This document shows, one piece after another, positions 45,546 through 56,431 of a DNA stretch of 64,000 nucleotides. Source of the DNA: Chlorokybus atmophyticus (Eukaryota > Plantae > Mesostigma and Chlorokybus algae); the NCBI GenBank assembly GCA_009103225.1, contig RHPI01002402.1, forward strand, positions 525,099 through 589,098. The letters run 5' to 3'. Below the pieces are notes generated by a model. The model saw only the letters and a list, made by a program, of their open reading frames with translations. It was not told the origin of the DNA and searched no databases. The position numbers were made by a program, and so were the translations under genes. Within the stretch, counting starts at the first letter, position 1. Each line of letters starts with the position of its first letter.

Positions 45546-45654
45546 CGGTTCCCTTGGCAAACTGTCGAGCTGCGCCAAACACGCGCGCAACATCAACTCT
45601 GCCGTTTCCCGTTCGCCGTCGCCGGGGCGGTGAAAATGCTTTTGGGCTCCTATA

Positions 45655-46220
45655 CACACGGAATTTTTTCCACGGACCAGCCCTGGTCCGCACGTACGGA
45701 GCAGGGCCAAAACGCCCGGGCGGCTTGGGGTCCGGACCAGGGTCGCCCGCCTTGGTCTGCACGCGGGGACCAGGGCTGGTCCAAACAGTACGTAATTGTC
45801 CTACGGTCCCCCAAAAAACCGGGCCAGCCCTGGTTGCTGTTATCATGACGAGCGCAATGGGACCAATGCTGGTCTGCCATGCGTGTTGCTGCATGCACCA
45901 AGGATGGTCCGCTCTTGGCACAGTTCTGTCAAAAGCATCACCACTACTGGTCCCGAGTAGCAGGACCATCCTTGGTTCGCATTGTGGGACCATGCATGGT
46001 CTACTTGTATCTTAATGTCTAGCCCAGATGGTCTGCAAGGATGGTCCCGACTAGTGGGACCAACCATGGCTCTGCTGGCGGGACCATGCCTGGTCCACAC
46101 CCAACCATTTCTTTGTACCAGCCGAATCTCACTGCATTGGTCCATGCTTGCATCCAGGGACCAGCATTGGTGCACGACACCCGCTGACATCCTGCACCAA
46201 TGCTGGTCTATGACCCATGC
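45655..46220. repeat. Putative left TIR and subterminal array of GGACCA/TGGTCC motifs
   Basis: At least 16 exact GGACCA or TGGTCC hexamers plus variants, many arranged as inverted pairs GGACCA-N4/5-TGGTCC, within ~550 bp. Confidence 0.8.
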
Positions 46221-46636
46221 ACCAGCAATTCACGGTAACCCATTCTATTATACAGTGCGTGTCTGGCAATCAGCGAGACCTGCAAAGTGTCAAACATCTA
46301 TGCTAACTACAGCAGTGTTCTCATAGCTACTAAGATCACCAGCGCTCATAGCCTGCCTATGATGAGACTGAGCGCATGCTGCGCACACCACGTGATCTCG
46401 GCACTGCACGCACACGTTCCTTCTGTTCCATACTCTGCTCCATACTTGCAAATGTAGACGGCCTTTCAGATGAACGAGTGCACGCCGCTTGCACCAACAA
46501 CAGATTGTCGTAGACACTGCGCACACTGCATATGAGCAACACCGCAACTGTAGAACACAATGTACATTTCTTAAAGAATAGACACGTAACAGTAGCAACA
46601 TGCAACAGTTGCAACTTTGCACATCTCTGATACCTA

Positions 46637-49183
46637 TCATCTGGAGGATGCCGTTCTGCTTGGCTCCCATCGCCCCATGAAGCGGAACCTCTTGGGCTCA
46701 GGCGTTTCATTTTCATCCGGCATGCCTGCATGCACAATGAGTGGCGAATGTGTACAATCACATACACAGAGACCAGACTGCTCGTACATGGCACTATTAG
46801 CTTACAGCTTACCAGCTTACGAGCATACCCTATAGACTGCATTGTGACACTGTGCATTGGTCACAGCTACCAAGCCTATGAGCGGTCTATAAGCTCAAAA
46901 CATACCTGGCCGTTTCCTCGTGTTTATCCAGCCCAGCTGACCACCCTGCGTTGGGTCTTCGCCCAGCCACTTCTTCTTCATTGCAAACTGCACAACCGCT
47001 TGCATGATACGCTGTGTTGGAATGCTGTCCACCCGGGCCTGGTCTCGAAAGGGAAGAGGTGCCACGCTCTCCATCAGCGCCACCTGCTTCTTCCGCCAGA
47101 ATTCCCATTGCCGGCCAACCTGCGCCCTAGTAGGTGTTTGCTCAGTGCCACAGCACACAGCCGCCAGCATCTCCAGCTTCTCATCATCCACTGAAACCTC
47201 GTGGTCCTGCATGGGCACATCATCAGCACAACCAGAAAGCACTTGAAACAAGAAATTGCGCGCACATAGCTGACAAACCTGATCATCTTGCTGCGCATTG
47301 GTGTTCAGTTCTTCAAGTACTCTCACCTGGCATTCCCCCATCCGGACGTGCCTATTGAAGCTGCATTCACCGTTTTCACAGACGCAGGTGCCCATCTGGC
47401 TCATGAACATAAGTGGCCACTCAACCATCACGCTGCACTCCATCAGTTGTCAGTGTCATAGGCGGTTCACATATGCACACTTTAGCCAACTACACGCGAC
47501 GCACGTCTCGCACTTGATGACATGCAGTGACAAAAGCATAGAATGTGCGTGATTGACAATCACCAACTTACCTCTAGCTCGGCGCGTGTGTAATGATCCG
47601 GTGTCTTGCCATGCATGAGCCTTTGCGACCTGATAGGTATGAACGGCCGCACGCTGTCGTCCTCCACGCAAAACACTGGCAGCCAATTAATGATCTGCAC
47701 GCTGTATGTGCGGCAGGGCTCATCCACCTCGGCAATCTCAAGGATGGTGGCAATGGCCACGGGCACACATGGGTCTTCACGACTTGAGGATTGCATATCG
47801 ATGTGAAAGACTTTGTCTCGGTCGTAATCGTCTGCATGTCTGCACCTCATGAACATGCATCGTGTTAGATAACACAACACAACAGCTGTACATTCAGCTT
47901 GCTTCACCTCTAGTGGAGTTGTCACAGTTCATGGTTGCAATCATACATGCGCGCACACAGTCCTTACCTGAATTTGAGCCAAGTAGCCCGCAGCACGTCA
48001 TCTGGAAGGGGCCCGTCGCTCAAGGGGCACCACAGAATGACTGTCTGCGAAGGGCTGTAATCGTCAGGGCTGAAAACTCTGCCCCACCCTACAGACCGGC
48101 GACGAGCAGCTGTGCCGTGTTTGGCAGTTCGCTCTGCTTCTCGAGCATGCGCACGGAGCTGGACCCGCTGCTCCCTGGACTGTCCTTGGCGTTCACCTCG
48201 TTCTTCTTTAACGCCCCTCCGATAAGTCCATTAGCGTTGTATGAAATATGCCCGGATGTGCTCTGCCAAGCAAAAGTTATAAGGATGTCCACATGTCCAA
48301 AAAGCTGCTTTGGTCTCATAAGGTGGCACCGTCCAAGACACTCTACGACTTATGCATTTCCATAGCTGAGACCTAAAGACTCATAGGAACTGTCCAGTGT
48401 CTGCTTATGCAATCCATTGCTTCTAGATGCTCATAGGCACTGTTGTCAGCGTCTACGACGTATGCGTTCCATTGCTGAGACCTAAGGACTCATAGGCACT
48501 GTCCAGTGTCTACGACTTATGCCATCCATTGCTGAGACCTAAGGACTCATAGGCACTGTCCAGTGTTCCAGCTTGACAAACAGTAACCGACCAACAGTGG
48601 CACCACTAACCAGTAGTAAAAACAGCTGGATATACATGAAGACTAGCTGAATTCAGCTGAACAGCAAGCCATCAAGTAACGCGACAACTTGGCAAGTAGC
48701 GTGATATCAACTGACTTGCAACAGTGGCAACACTGACCAGCAGCAACAACAGCTTGAGGGCTAGCAAAGCTTGCTATATGCATGAATACGGGCTAGTTTC
48801 ACCTGAACAGTTACCGATCTACACACAAGGCATTCAGAGCAAACCTTCACAGAAAACAACTGACCTCTGGACATGCGGAGCTCTATGCCTTCCCCAAACA
48901 CTAGAGGCTCCAGCTCCGGCTCTAACTCCTCACAGATTCTCTCCAGCTTGGCAATGCTGGCCTGCGCTGCATGATCCTTGCTCCGCTTGTCGAAATTCAC
49001 CTCCTTCCAACCTGGACCAGGGATTTGCTCCCACTGTTTGAGCTTGTTGGTGAACTTGTTCATGTTTCGCACATGGGTGGGGTGCACAGAGGAAAAGTTG
49101 TCCCTCAGGAACCTGTCCCCAGTTTTCTGGCCGTTGTTGCCACAGTTGAACACTTGGCTGGCAGAAGGCACTGCGGTCACCAT
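46637..49183 (-). pseudogene. Transposon accessory gene A (orphan, possibly TnpA-like), with premature TAA
   Basis: Exons 48865-49183, ~48093-48263, ~47965-48040, ~47574-47808, further exons at ~47330-47390 and ~46905-47245, and 46637-46725. The first four are phase-consistent only in the frame MSREHIRAYFIQR*WTYRRG (TAA at 48231-48233). Confidence 0.6.
48312..48567 (-). repeat. Intronic ~57-bp tandem repeat, cluster 1 (inverted relative to clusters 2-4)
   Basis: 4-5 units of gctgagacctaaggactcataggcactgtccagtgtctacgacttatg...catt. Confidence 0.92.
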
Positions 49184-49410
49184 TGTTACACTATGCACAA
49201 AGCACCTAAGCTTCCAGGTGACAAAAGGCTCACACAGCAGTCTATAGCACGAGAGTCTACAGCACGCGACTTATTGCAGCTGCGATAACCAGTGCCGAAG
49301 TCATACTGCGCACAATGCACAACACATGCGCACAACGCACGCGCGAGCGAACAAAACTTCCAAATGACGGAACCTGACAACAAACACTTCCAAATGAATC
49401 AACTTCCAGT

Positions 49411-49497
49411 GCCTGTGACCTAGGGTTCGTCGGAGCGGCCTATGCGGTCGCCTGTGACCTAGGATTCGTCGGAGCGGCCTATGTGGTCGCCTGTCAC
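49411..49497. promoter_or_regulatory. 39-bp tandem repeat (2.2 copies) in the divergent promoter gap between gene A and gene B
   Basis: gcctgtgacctagg(g/a)ttcgtcggagcggcctatg(c/t)ggtc twice, between the ATG at 49183 (-) and the ATG at 49640 (+). The regulatory role is inferred from position only. Confidence 0.45.
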
Positions 49498-49639
49498 GCC
49501 GCCGGCAGCCTGATGTTTGGTGTGCCGAAGGTAGTTCTGGCGGTGCTGGCAGAGGTGTGGTAGCGGAGTGCTGGCTTGTGTTGCACAAGAGTGTTATCCA
49601 GTGCAAGTTGTTGCAGAGATCAGCAAGCTGAGAAACACT

Positions 49640-52600
49640 ATGGATGATGACATCCCTACCGTGTCGGCGGCATTGTCGACTTCAGAGGAGACTCGGAGGC
49701 AGCCTTCACACCAGCGGACTTTCTATTGGCACTGTCCCTACTGCAGAACAAATGTGAAGGCGGGCCATTTAAAGTCCAACGGGCTTCCAGAAACCACACA
49801 CACCAAGATTGCAAAGATCGCGCAGCACCTGCACATCAGATATTGCAGGTACATGCGCAGACGAACCAACCAGGGCGGCAGGGAGACAGCAGATGAGCTG
49901 AAGGGACGGATGGGGGATTCTCTCTCCAAAGCAGTACGGGTGCGTGTGATGTTGTGAAAGTGCGTTTGTTCTTATAGACTTGTAGACTCATAGACGTTGT
50001 ATGCATGCTAGTGAACTGATATCTGGGCAAAAGACTATGCAACAAAATTGACTTACGTGAAGCATATGTTGGCGTGCAGGCCCTGAATCATCCCAAACAA
50101 AGCAGAGTTTCCATCGACAACATGCGGAGAGTCACCGAGGAGTATCTGCGAAAGCATCACACTGGAGCCTTTGCATTTGTAAGCACATGCAGCATGCAAC
50201 TGTTAGCGAAAAAAATGCCATTACAACGCCTTGGTTGCTAACCTTGTCGCTTGTTACACAGAACAAAAAATTCTGGGATGACGCTGAGCACGATTACAAC
50301 AACATCCCCCTCTACCCGAAGGAGCAAACCACACCAAAGTGGACAAAGCGGCCGCGGCAGCGAGGTTCAGGTGTTGCCGCTGCAGGTGTAGCGGCAGAAG
50401 CGTCAACAGCGGAGGAAACCGAGTTCGACTTCGCTGCGACAGAGACGAGGGAGCCAGAGGAGCTTGAGGAACAACTTGAGGATGTGATGCAGGAGGGGTC
50501 GGAGGAGTCAGCGCAGAAGGCTACGGAGGAGGTGTTGGAATTGGAGCAGTCTGAGGAGGAAGAGGTGGTGCCACCTGCAAAGAAACCGAGGCATGCCAGC
50601 TGGCGAGGCATGAAAATAGGAACGTCATCGGCAGCCGGCTCTTCCAAAACTCCCCAAACACCTGTGAGTATCCATGCGAATACTCATAGACTGCTCTGAT
50701 CAGGACATGTGCGCGTTGTCTTATGTCATAGGCCGAGACAGTCTGTGAGTCAATAAATGTATATGATATCCTTACCATTGTCTTACACACAGGGTGGCAG
50801 GGTGAACCAACCTGTAGCCGATGCCCCACAGGCTACTAAGCCAAGGCAGCACCGATCAGCGCAGGCCCGTGAACTGGCTGTGACCAATGCTGCAGCCGAG
50901 CTCAATCGATTCACCAAGACGGGGATGGACGCTGTGGAGTTGCCACCGCCATCAGAAGAACATCTGCGGGTGCGTCTTTGTTCGCATAATATCATGCATG
51001 CTGATCACATGCCATGGGCGCCATGCTGCATGCACTGCTCAGTTGCAGCCTATGACAATTCACACCAACTTACCGTCACTTGTTGTTTGCAGAGTGACAG
51101 AGAGCTTCCCAACCGCAAGCGCATACATAGAGCGACCGGTGACCCATGGCAGCTGTGGACGAATGGTCCAATTCCCATAGGCGAACTCTTCCATTTTGCT
51201 GGCAAAGAGTTCGTCATCAAGCCTTCCAATATCCCTGGCGCAGGGCTCGGCTTGTTCACCTGCCAGCCTATTAAGAAGGGTGACCGCATCATGGTCTTTA
51301 ACGGCAAGTGGTACACCTACCGGGAGATGCAGAAGACATTCCCTCAGAAGGAGCACCTGCACCACCAGCGATACCACCTGCACGTCATCAGGGACGTGCC
51401 ACGCCGCCAGAGCCCTGTCATCGATGGCCACCCTCGATATGGGAACATAGCTGGCTTCCTCAACTCCAGCCGCGATACGCAGTACAAACCCAACTGCCAC
51501 ATCATGGACTCCGTTGATGAGGCTGCGGTGCAGGCAGCTGAGGTTAGGAGTCAGAGTGACATCGCCGCCGGGGAAGAGCTGCTCATGGAATACGATCCCT
51601 TCCCTCCACCTCCAGACGAGCAACCTACAGACCATGTGAGTATATGCAGCCTGTGGCTCATGCCTATAGACATCACTTGCTCTGCCAGACACTGTCTCCT
51701 GCTGTTATAGACTGCATCTGTGAGAGCTGTGCGGTCTATGACCTTGTCATTCAGCATTGCAAACAATGTGCTGATCACCGTCTTACCTCAGGTCATGGAG
51801 TACTTTTTCGAGGCGGCCAGAGAAAAGTTTATCAAGGAGGCAACAGAGATGGCAGCTCGCCATGGCGTCGCGCTCGAAGACGGCGCGTACCTCGCCGCTT
51901 GCACTGCACCACGTCAAGCTGGTGAATCTTTAGGCGCCTACACATGGAGGGTGCTGAAACGACCACAAGTTGCCCGAAATCAAAGACAGAATGTAAGTGT
52001 TGAGAACGCTTCATCAGTGCATGGTCGTACATGTCATTGTGCATTCATAGACTGCACTTGTGTCACCAGAACGACACAGTCAATCACACTGTCAGAGAGG
52101 CGTCTGTACGCCTGTTAAAAGGGATATTTGACTCAGCTGAAAGCAAGTGCGCTGAGCTTACACGCGTGCTAGATAGACTATTCCTGCTGTTAAGACAGAT
52201 AGACTCCAGAATAGAACAAGAGAAAGAACAGAGGGTATGTTTGTGTTATTAAACGTAAATGAGTTGTGTGTAATTCGTGTTCTAACTGGTGGTTATGATT
52301 CGCAGAAACTTACCAAGGAAGTGTTCCGTAAGGCAGAGACTACAATTCGCAAAGGCCTTCAAGAGATTGCCGCTCAGGGCGCCATGGTGACACGGGCTGC
52401 AAATCAGCACAGGCTGAAGGAGCAGGATTATCAGTCAAGAATCGAGAAGACCATTTTGTCCATGGTGCGCAATGGTCTGAATGAAAGCCGGCGACATTGG
52501 TTGACTGAGGAGCAGATAGCTGCCGTGCGCACCAATGTTCAAAACGCCCAAGATACGACTGCACAGTGGCAGGCTGAGCAAAAGCAATTGCAGCAACGCA

Positions 52601-55600
52601 ACAAGGCGGAGTGGGAGACACGCCGGCTACGCATCGACGCCATTGCTAATCGGAGGAAACAGAAGCGAGAAGTTTGGCTGGAAGAGCAGATGAAGACCAT
52701 CCATTTTCAGGATCTAGGATGGGCTGAGAATTACAAGTCCTTGCGCGCATACCTCATCAACAAGTGGGAGTGCAACCATCCTTGGCCATCCATTCCTGCT
52801 GCAGCTCCTGGTCCGACTCCTTCTAGTGCTGCTTCTGGTGCTGCGGCTACCTCTAGCAATCCTTCTCAAGCTGCTGTTGATGCTGCTCTTGCCTCTGCTG
52901 CTGCTGCTGCTGCTGCACTTGCAGCATTGGGAGGGGTTTCGGGGCGACCTTCAGTTCCTCTAGTGTTTCCGGACAGGCCACCACAAGGAAGCGCAGAGAA
53001 GGATGCCATAGACCGTGGCCATCAAACTGCTGGAGGGACTCCAGGAGGTGCTGCTGAGGGTCAGCATGTCAGCGGTAATGAACCTGCTGGAGGTGATGAA
53101 CCTGCTGGAGGTCGTGATGAACCTGCTGGAGGTGATCATCATGAACCTGCTGGAGGTGATCATCATGGAGACGGCAGTGGTGATGAACCCAGCGATCATG
53201 AAAGCAGCGATGATGACAGAAACGGTGACGGTGACGACGATGCTCGTAAGAAGTTGGAAGACGGTATCGCTGCTGCACGTTCAGGAGTCGCCAATGCCAG
53301 CAACATAGCCAAGTTGGTTGAAGGCTTTGTCCAGAACCTCCAACAGCAAGTGCCCCAACTTCAGGTAACCCTTGGCCAAAGTCAGCATTAGTCAGTCTAT
53401 GGCTACTTGTGCGTCACAGGCCGCACTGTCCATTTCGGTCTATGACCCCGCTGTTTCGTGTTTGTGCTCTAACTTGGTGTTTCGATGCAGCAACACCTAG
53501 AAGAGGCGTCTACAAGCACCCAGGCCGTTGCATCCGCCAGCGCTGATGTCAAGCGCATCCATGCAGCGGAGTTATCAGCCGCTGTTGAAGCAGCAGCCAA
53601 GGCTAGCCAACAGCATGCAGAGTTGCTGCAACAGGAGAAGAAGGCCAGAGAGGAGGCCGGGGGGCGCATACAGAAGTTGGAGGTGGCTCTTGCAAAGCAG
53701 GAGAAGGAAAGAGAGGAGGCCGTGGGGCGCATACCACAGCTGCAGGCCGCTCTCGATGCAGCCAATGCTGAGCGACAAAGGCTGCAACAGCAGGATCAGG
53801 CCAGAGCGGAAGACAGCCAGCGCGTACAACAGCTACAACAAACTTTGCAAGAGCTGGGAGAAATCAATGCTCGGCGTTCAGAGCTGGCGAGGGAAGAAGC
53901 TGAACGTCTGTGCGGTGAACGCCTTGAAAGAGCACCTCACCCGCTGCAAGCGCATTGAAGATGACGTCAAGGCCGCCTTTAACAGGATCAGCGAGTTGGA
54001 TGAAGAGTTGGTGCTGGCCTTGCAGCGTGAGGATGCAGCGCAAGAGTTGGTTGCCACCACTGCTGACAGGGACCGCCTACGACAGCAGTTGGCGACAGCC
54101 GAGGAGGCCAGGAAAAAGCAGCGAAACCTTCTTGACCAGCTTCAGCAGCAGCCCTCCGCGCAAGCACAAAAGCTCCAAGCAGAGGTTGACGCCCTTAATG
54201 CAAGACTTCAGCGTCAGCAGTCACACCAAGACTCCATTCGGAAGCAGCAGGAAGACACGCTTCAGCACCAGTTGAGGTGGACCAATGCGGAGAGGCAACG
54301 CTTGGAAACAGAGAATGTGAGCCTACGGCAGGCGAGGAGCAGCTTCAAAGGATCAGCAGCAGCACGCTTGGAGGAGATCCAGAGCCTGCAGGAGCGCCTG
54401 CGCAAAGCCGAGGAGGCCTCCCAACAAGCGCGTGACGCTGCGCGCAAAGCCGAGGAGGCCTCTCAACTCCAAATCCAGCTTCAGCAAGTGGCCTCCCTCC
54501 AGCGGCAGGCGGGTGAGGAGGCGGACCGCCTACAAAAGGAAAATGCAGAACTGAGTAAGCGCCTGCGCCAAGCTGAGGAGGTCAGGAAGAAGCAGCAGGA
54601 GAGCGGCGGCCAGCAGCAGCAGGAGGCGTCCACTCAGCAGAAGGCGCTTGAGGAGGCGGACCGTCTACGACAGGACAATGCAAGCCTGACTGAGCGGCTG
54701 CGCCAAAGCGAGGAGGCCAGGAAGAAGCTGGAGAAGAGCAGCGGCCAGCAGCAGCAGCAGCAGGAGTCCTCCGCTCAGCAGGTGCGTAAAGAGGCGGACC
54801 GCCTACGAGAGGAGAACTTGCAACTGAGTGAGCGCCTGCGCCAAGCCGAGGAGGTCAGGAAGAAGCTGCAGGCGAGCAGCCTACGGCAGGACAATGAGAG
54901 CCTGCGCGAGCGCCTGCGCACAGGCGAGGAGGCCAGGAGGAAGCTCCGTGCAGCAGTGCAGTCTCGCAATGAAAAACTCCGGAAGGCCTCTCAGCAGGCG
55001 CAAGAGGCTGGGCGCAAGCTGCAAACAGAGGTTGAATCTTTGACTGCTGAGAAGAACCGCCTCGAAGCAAGAGTGGAGTCTCTCAACAAACAACTCCAGC
55101 GGCTGGCCTCTCAAACGCAAGAGACTGGGGGCAAGCTGCAAGCAGAGGCAAGCAGGCAAGCAGACGCCCTGAATGCGGAGGTGAAACGCCTGCGTCAGGA
55201 AAATGCCAAACTCCAGAAGTCCAATAAGAAGCTTATCAAAGACGGCAAGCGACCAGCCACCATGGACGACCCGGAAATCCTGAAGGCTCAGGCGGACCTG
55301 GCAGAATCGCAAGAAAACGTTGCTCGAGCCATGCAGCGTGTCAGTCATACAGAGAAGCTGCTCGAAGATACCCAGCAAAGCTCGAGGAAACGCTTCAGAT
55401 GCTGCAGACTGTAATGCCAGGTGGTGGAGATGCTGACATTCCTTCCACGTCCGCACTACCGCCAGAAGCTGAACTGCAAGAGAAAATCATTGAACAGCAA
55501 AGGGAGAACAATCAACTTGATAGGCGGGTCACGAACTTAGAAGATGACCTGGAGCTCGTTGAAAAACAGCAAATTCGCATGGAAGGCGTGCTGGTTGATG

Positions 55601-56133
55601 AGTGGATGCGGGTTGTGGTGGAGGACTTCCTGGCTGAAAGTCCCGGCACGCGGGCACGTTCGCTGAGCGAAGGAGGAGCACAGACTACCCAGCGCATACA
55701 ACAGTACTTGCAAGGTTGGCAACAGCTGATGGCTCCAGAGCTTGCGGTCTGCATACAAGCTCGCAATGCCTGAGCGCAGAGGAACAATCAAGCGACACGA
55801 GACACTTGGGACAGTGATCCTGCTGCACTGTGTGTTTTGATCCGAAACACAGCGCACCATTACCTCTGTGACATCAATCAACGGCGAGCGGAGAATGGGC
55901 TCCCTTTGTACGCCAACACTTTGGAGGCGTTTAGTGCTCTGCAGCCGGGCCTCACTCACTTTTTGCTTCTGCTTGATCAGAACATGGCAAACAGATCATA
56001 TACACACCTCACTGCGGCACAACGGGAAGTTATGCACCTGGGCCCACACTACACCAAAGCCATTTATCATAACCTGATCGGCTACTACTTGAGCAGACAC
56101 TCACCACCACCACCGCCACCACCACCACCCTAG
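49640..56133 (+). CDS. Transposon gene B: zinc finger + acidic region + SET domain + long coiled coil (~1,700 aa), two frameshifts
   Basis: Ten exons (49640-49932, 50080-50178, 50262-50664, 50792-50968, 51093-51635, 51792-51992, 52069-52234, 52307-53364, 53491-55712, 55852-56133; boundaries approximate to a few nt). WHCPYC...HLHIRYC; SET motifs SNIPGAGLGLF, IKKGDRI, GNIAGFLNSS, DIAAGEELLMEY. Frameshifts at ~53891 and ~55377. Confidence 0.85.
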
Positions 56134-56431
56134 TATGGCCTATAGACTGAGTCAGTAGCACCCAGGTACCTACTTCAGGTTGCTTATAGTCCAGCTGCAG
56201 GCTGGGTTTATAGGCATCCATTCAGTGTACATAGCCTGCAGAACAGATGTGCATAAGTGTATACAGTAATATATTGCCATCACACATGCAGTCGCATGCA
56301 CACGCGCACAGTGCACATAGTTGTCTGCAAGGCGCAGTTATCCGAACTGGTCTATGATGCAGACACACGCACTTCACAAACACGTGAATGCAAGTGCAAA
56401 CACACTCACTTGCTGCCTGCTGTCCTGGCTT

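Noticed and set aside
45063-45710. ORFs sharing the peptide FHWYEVGR
   Set aside because: Explained by the DNA repeat ccaacctcgtacca; no evidence of coding function.
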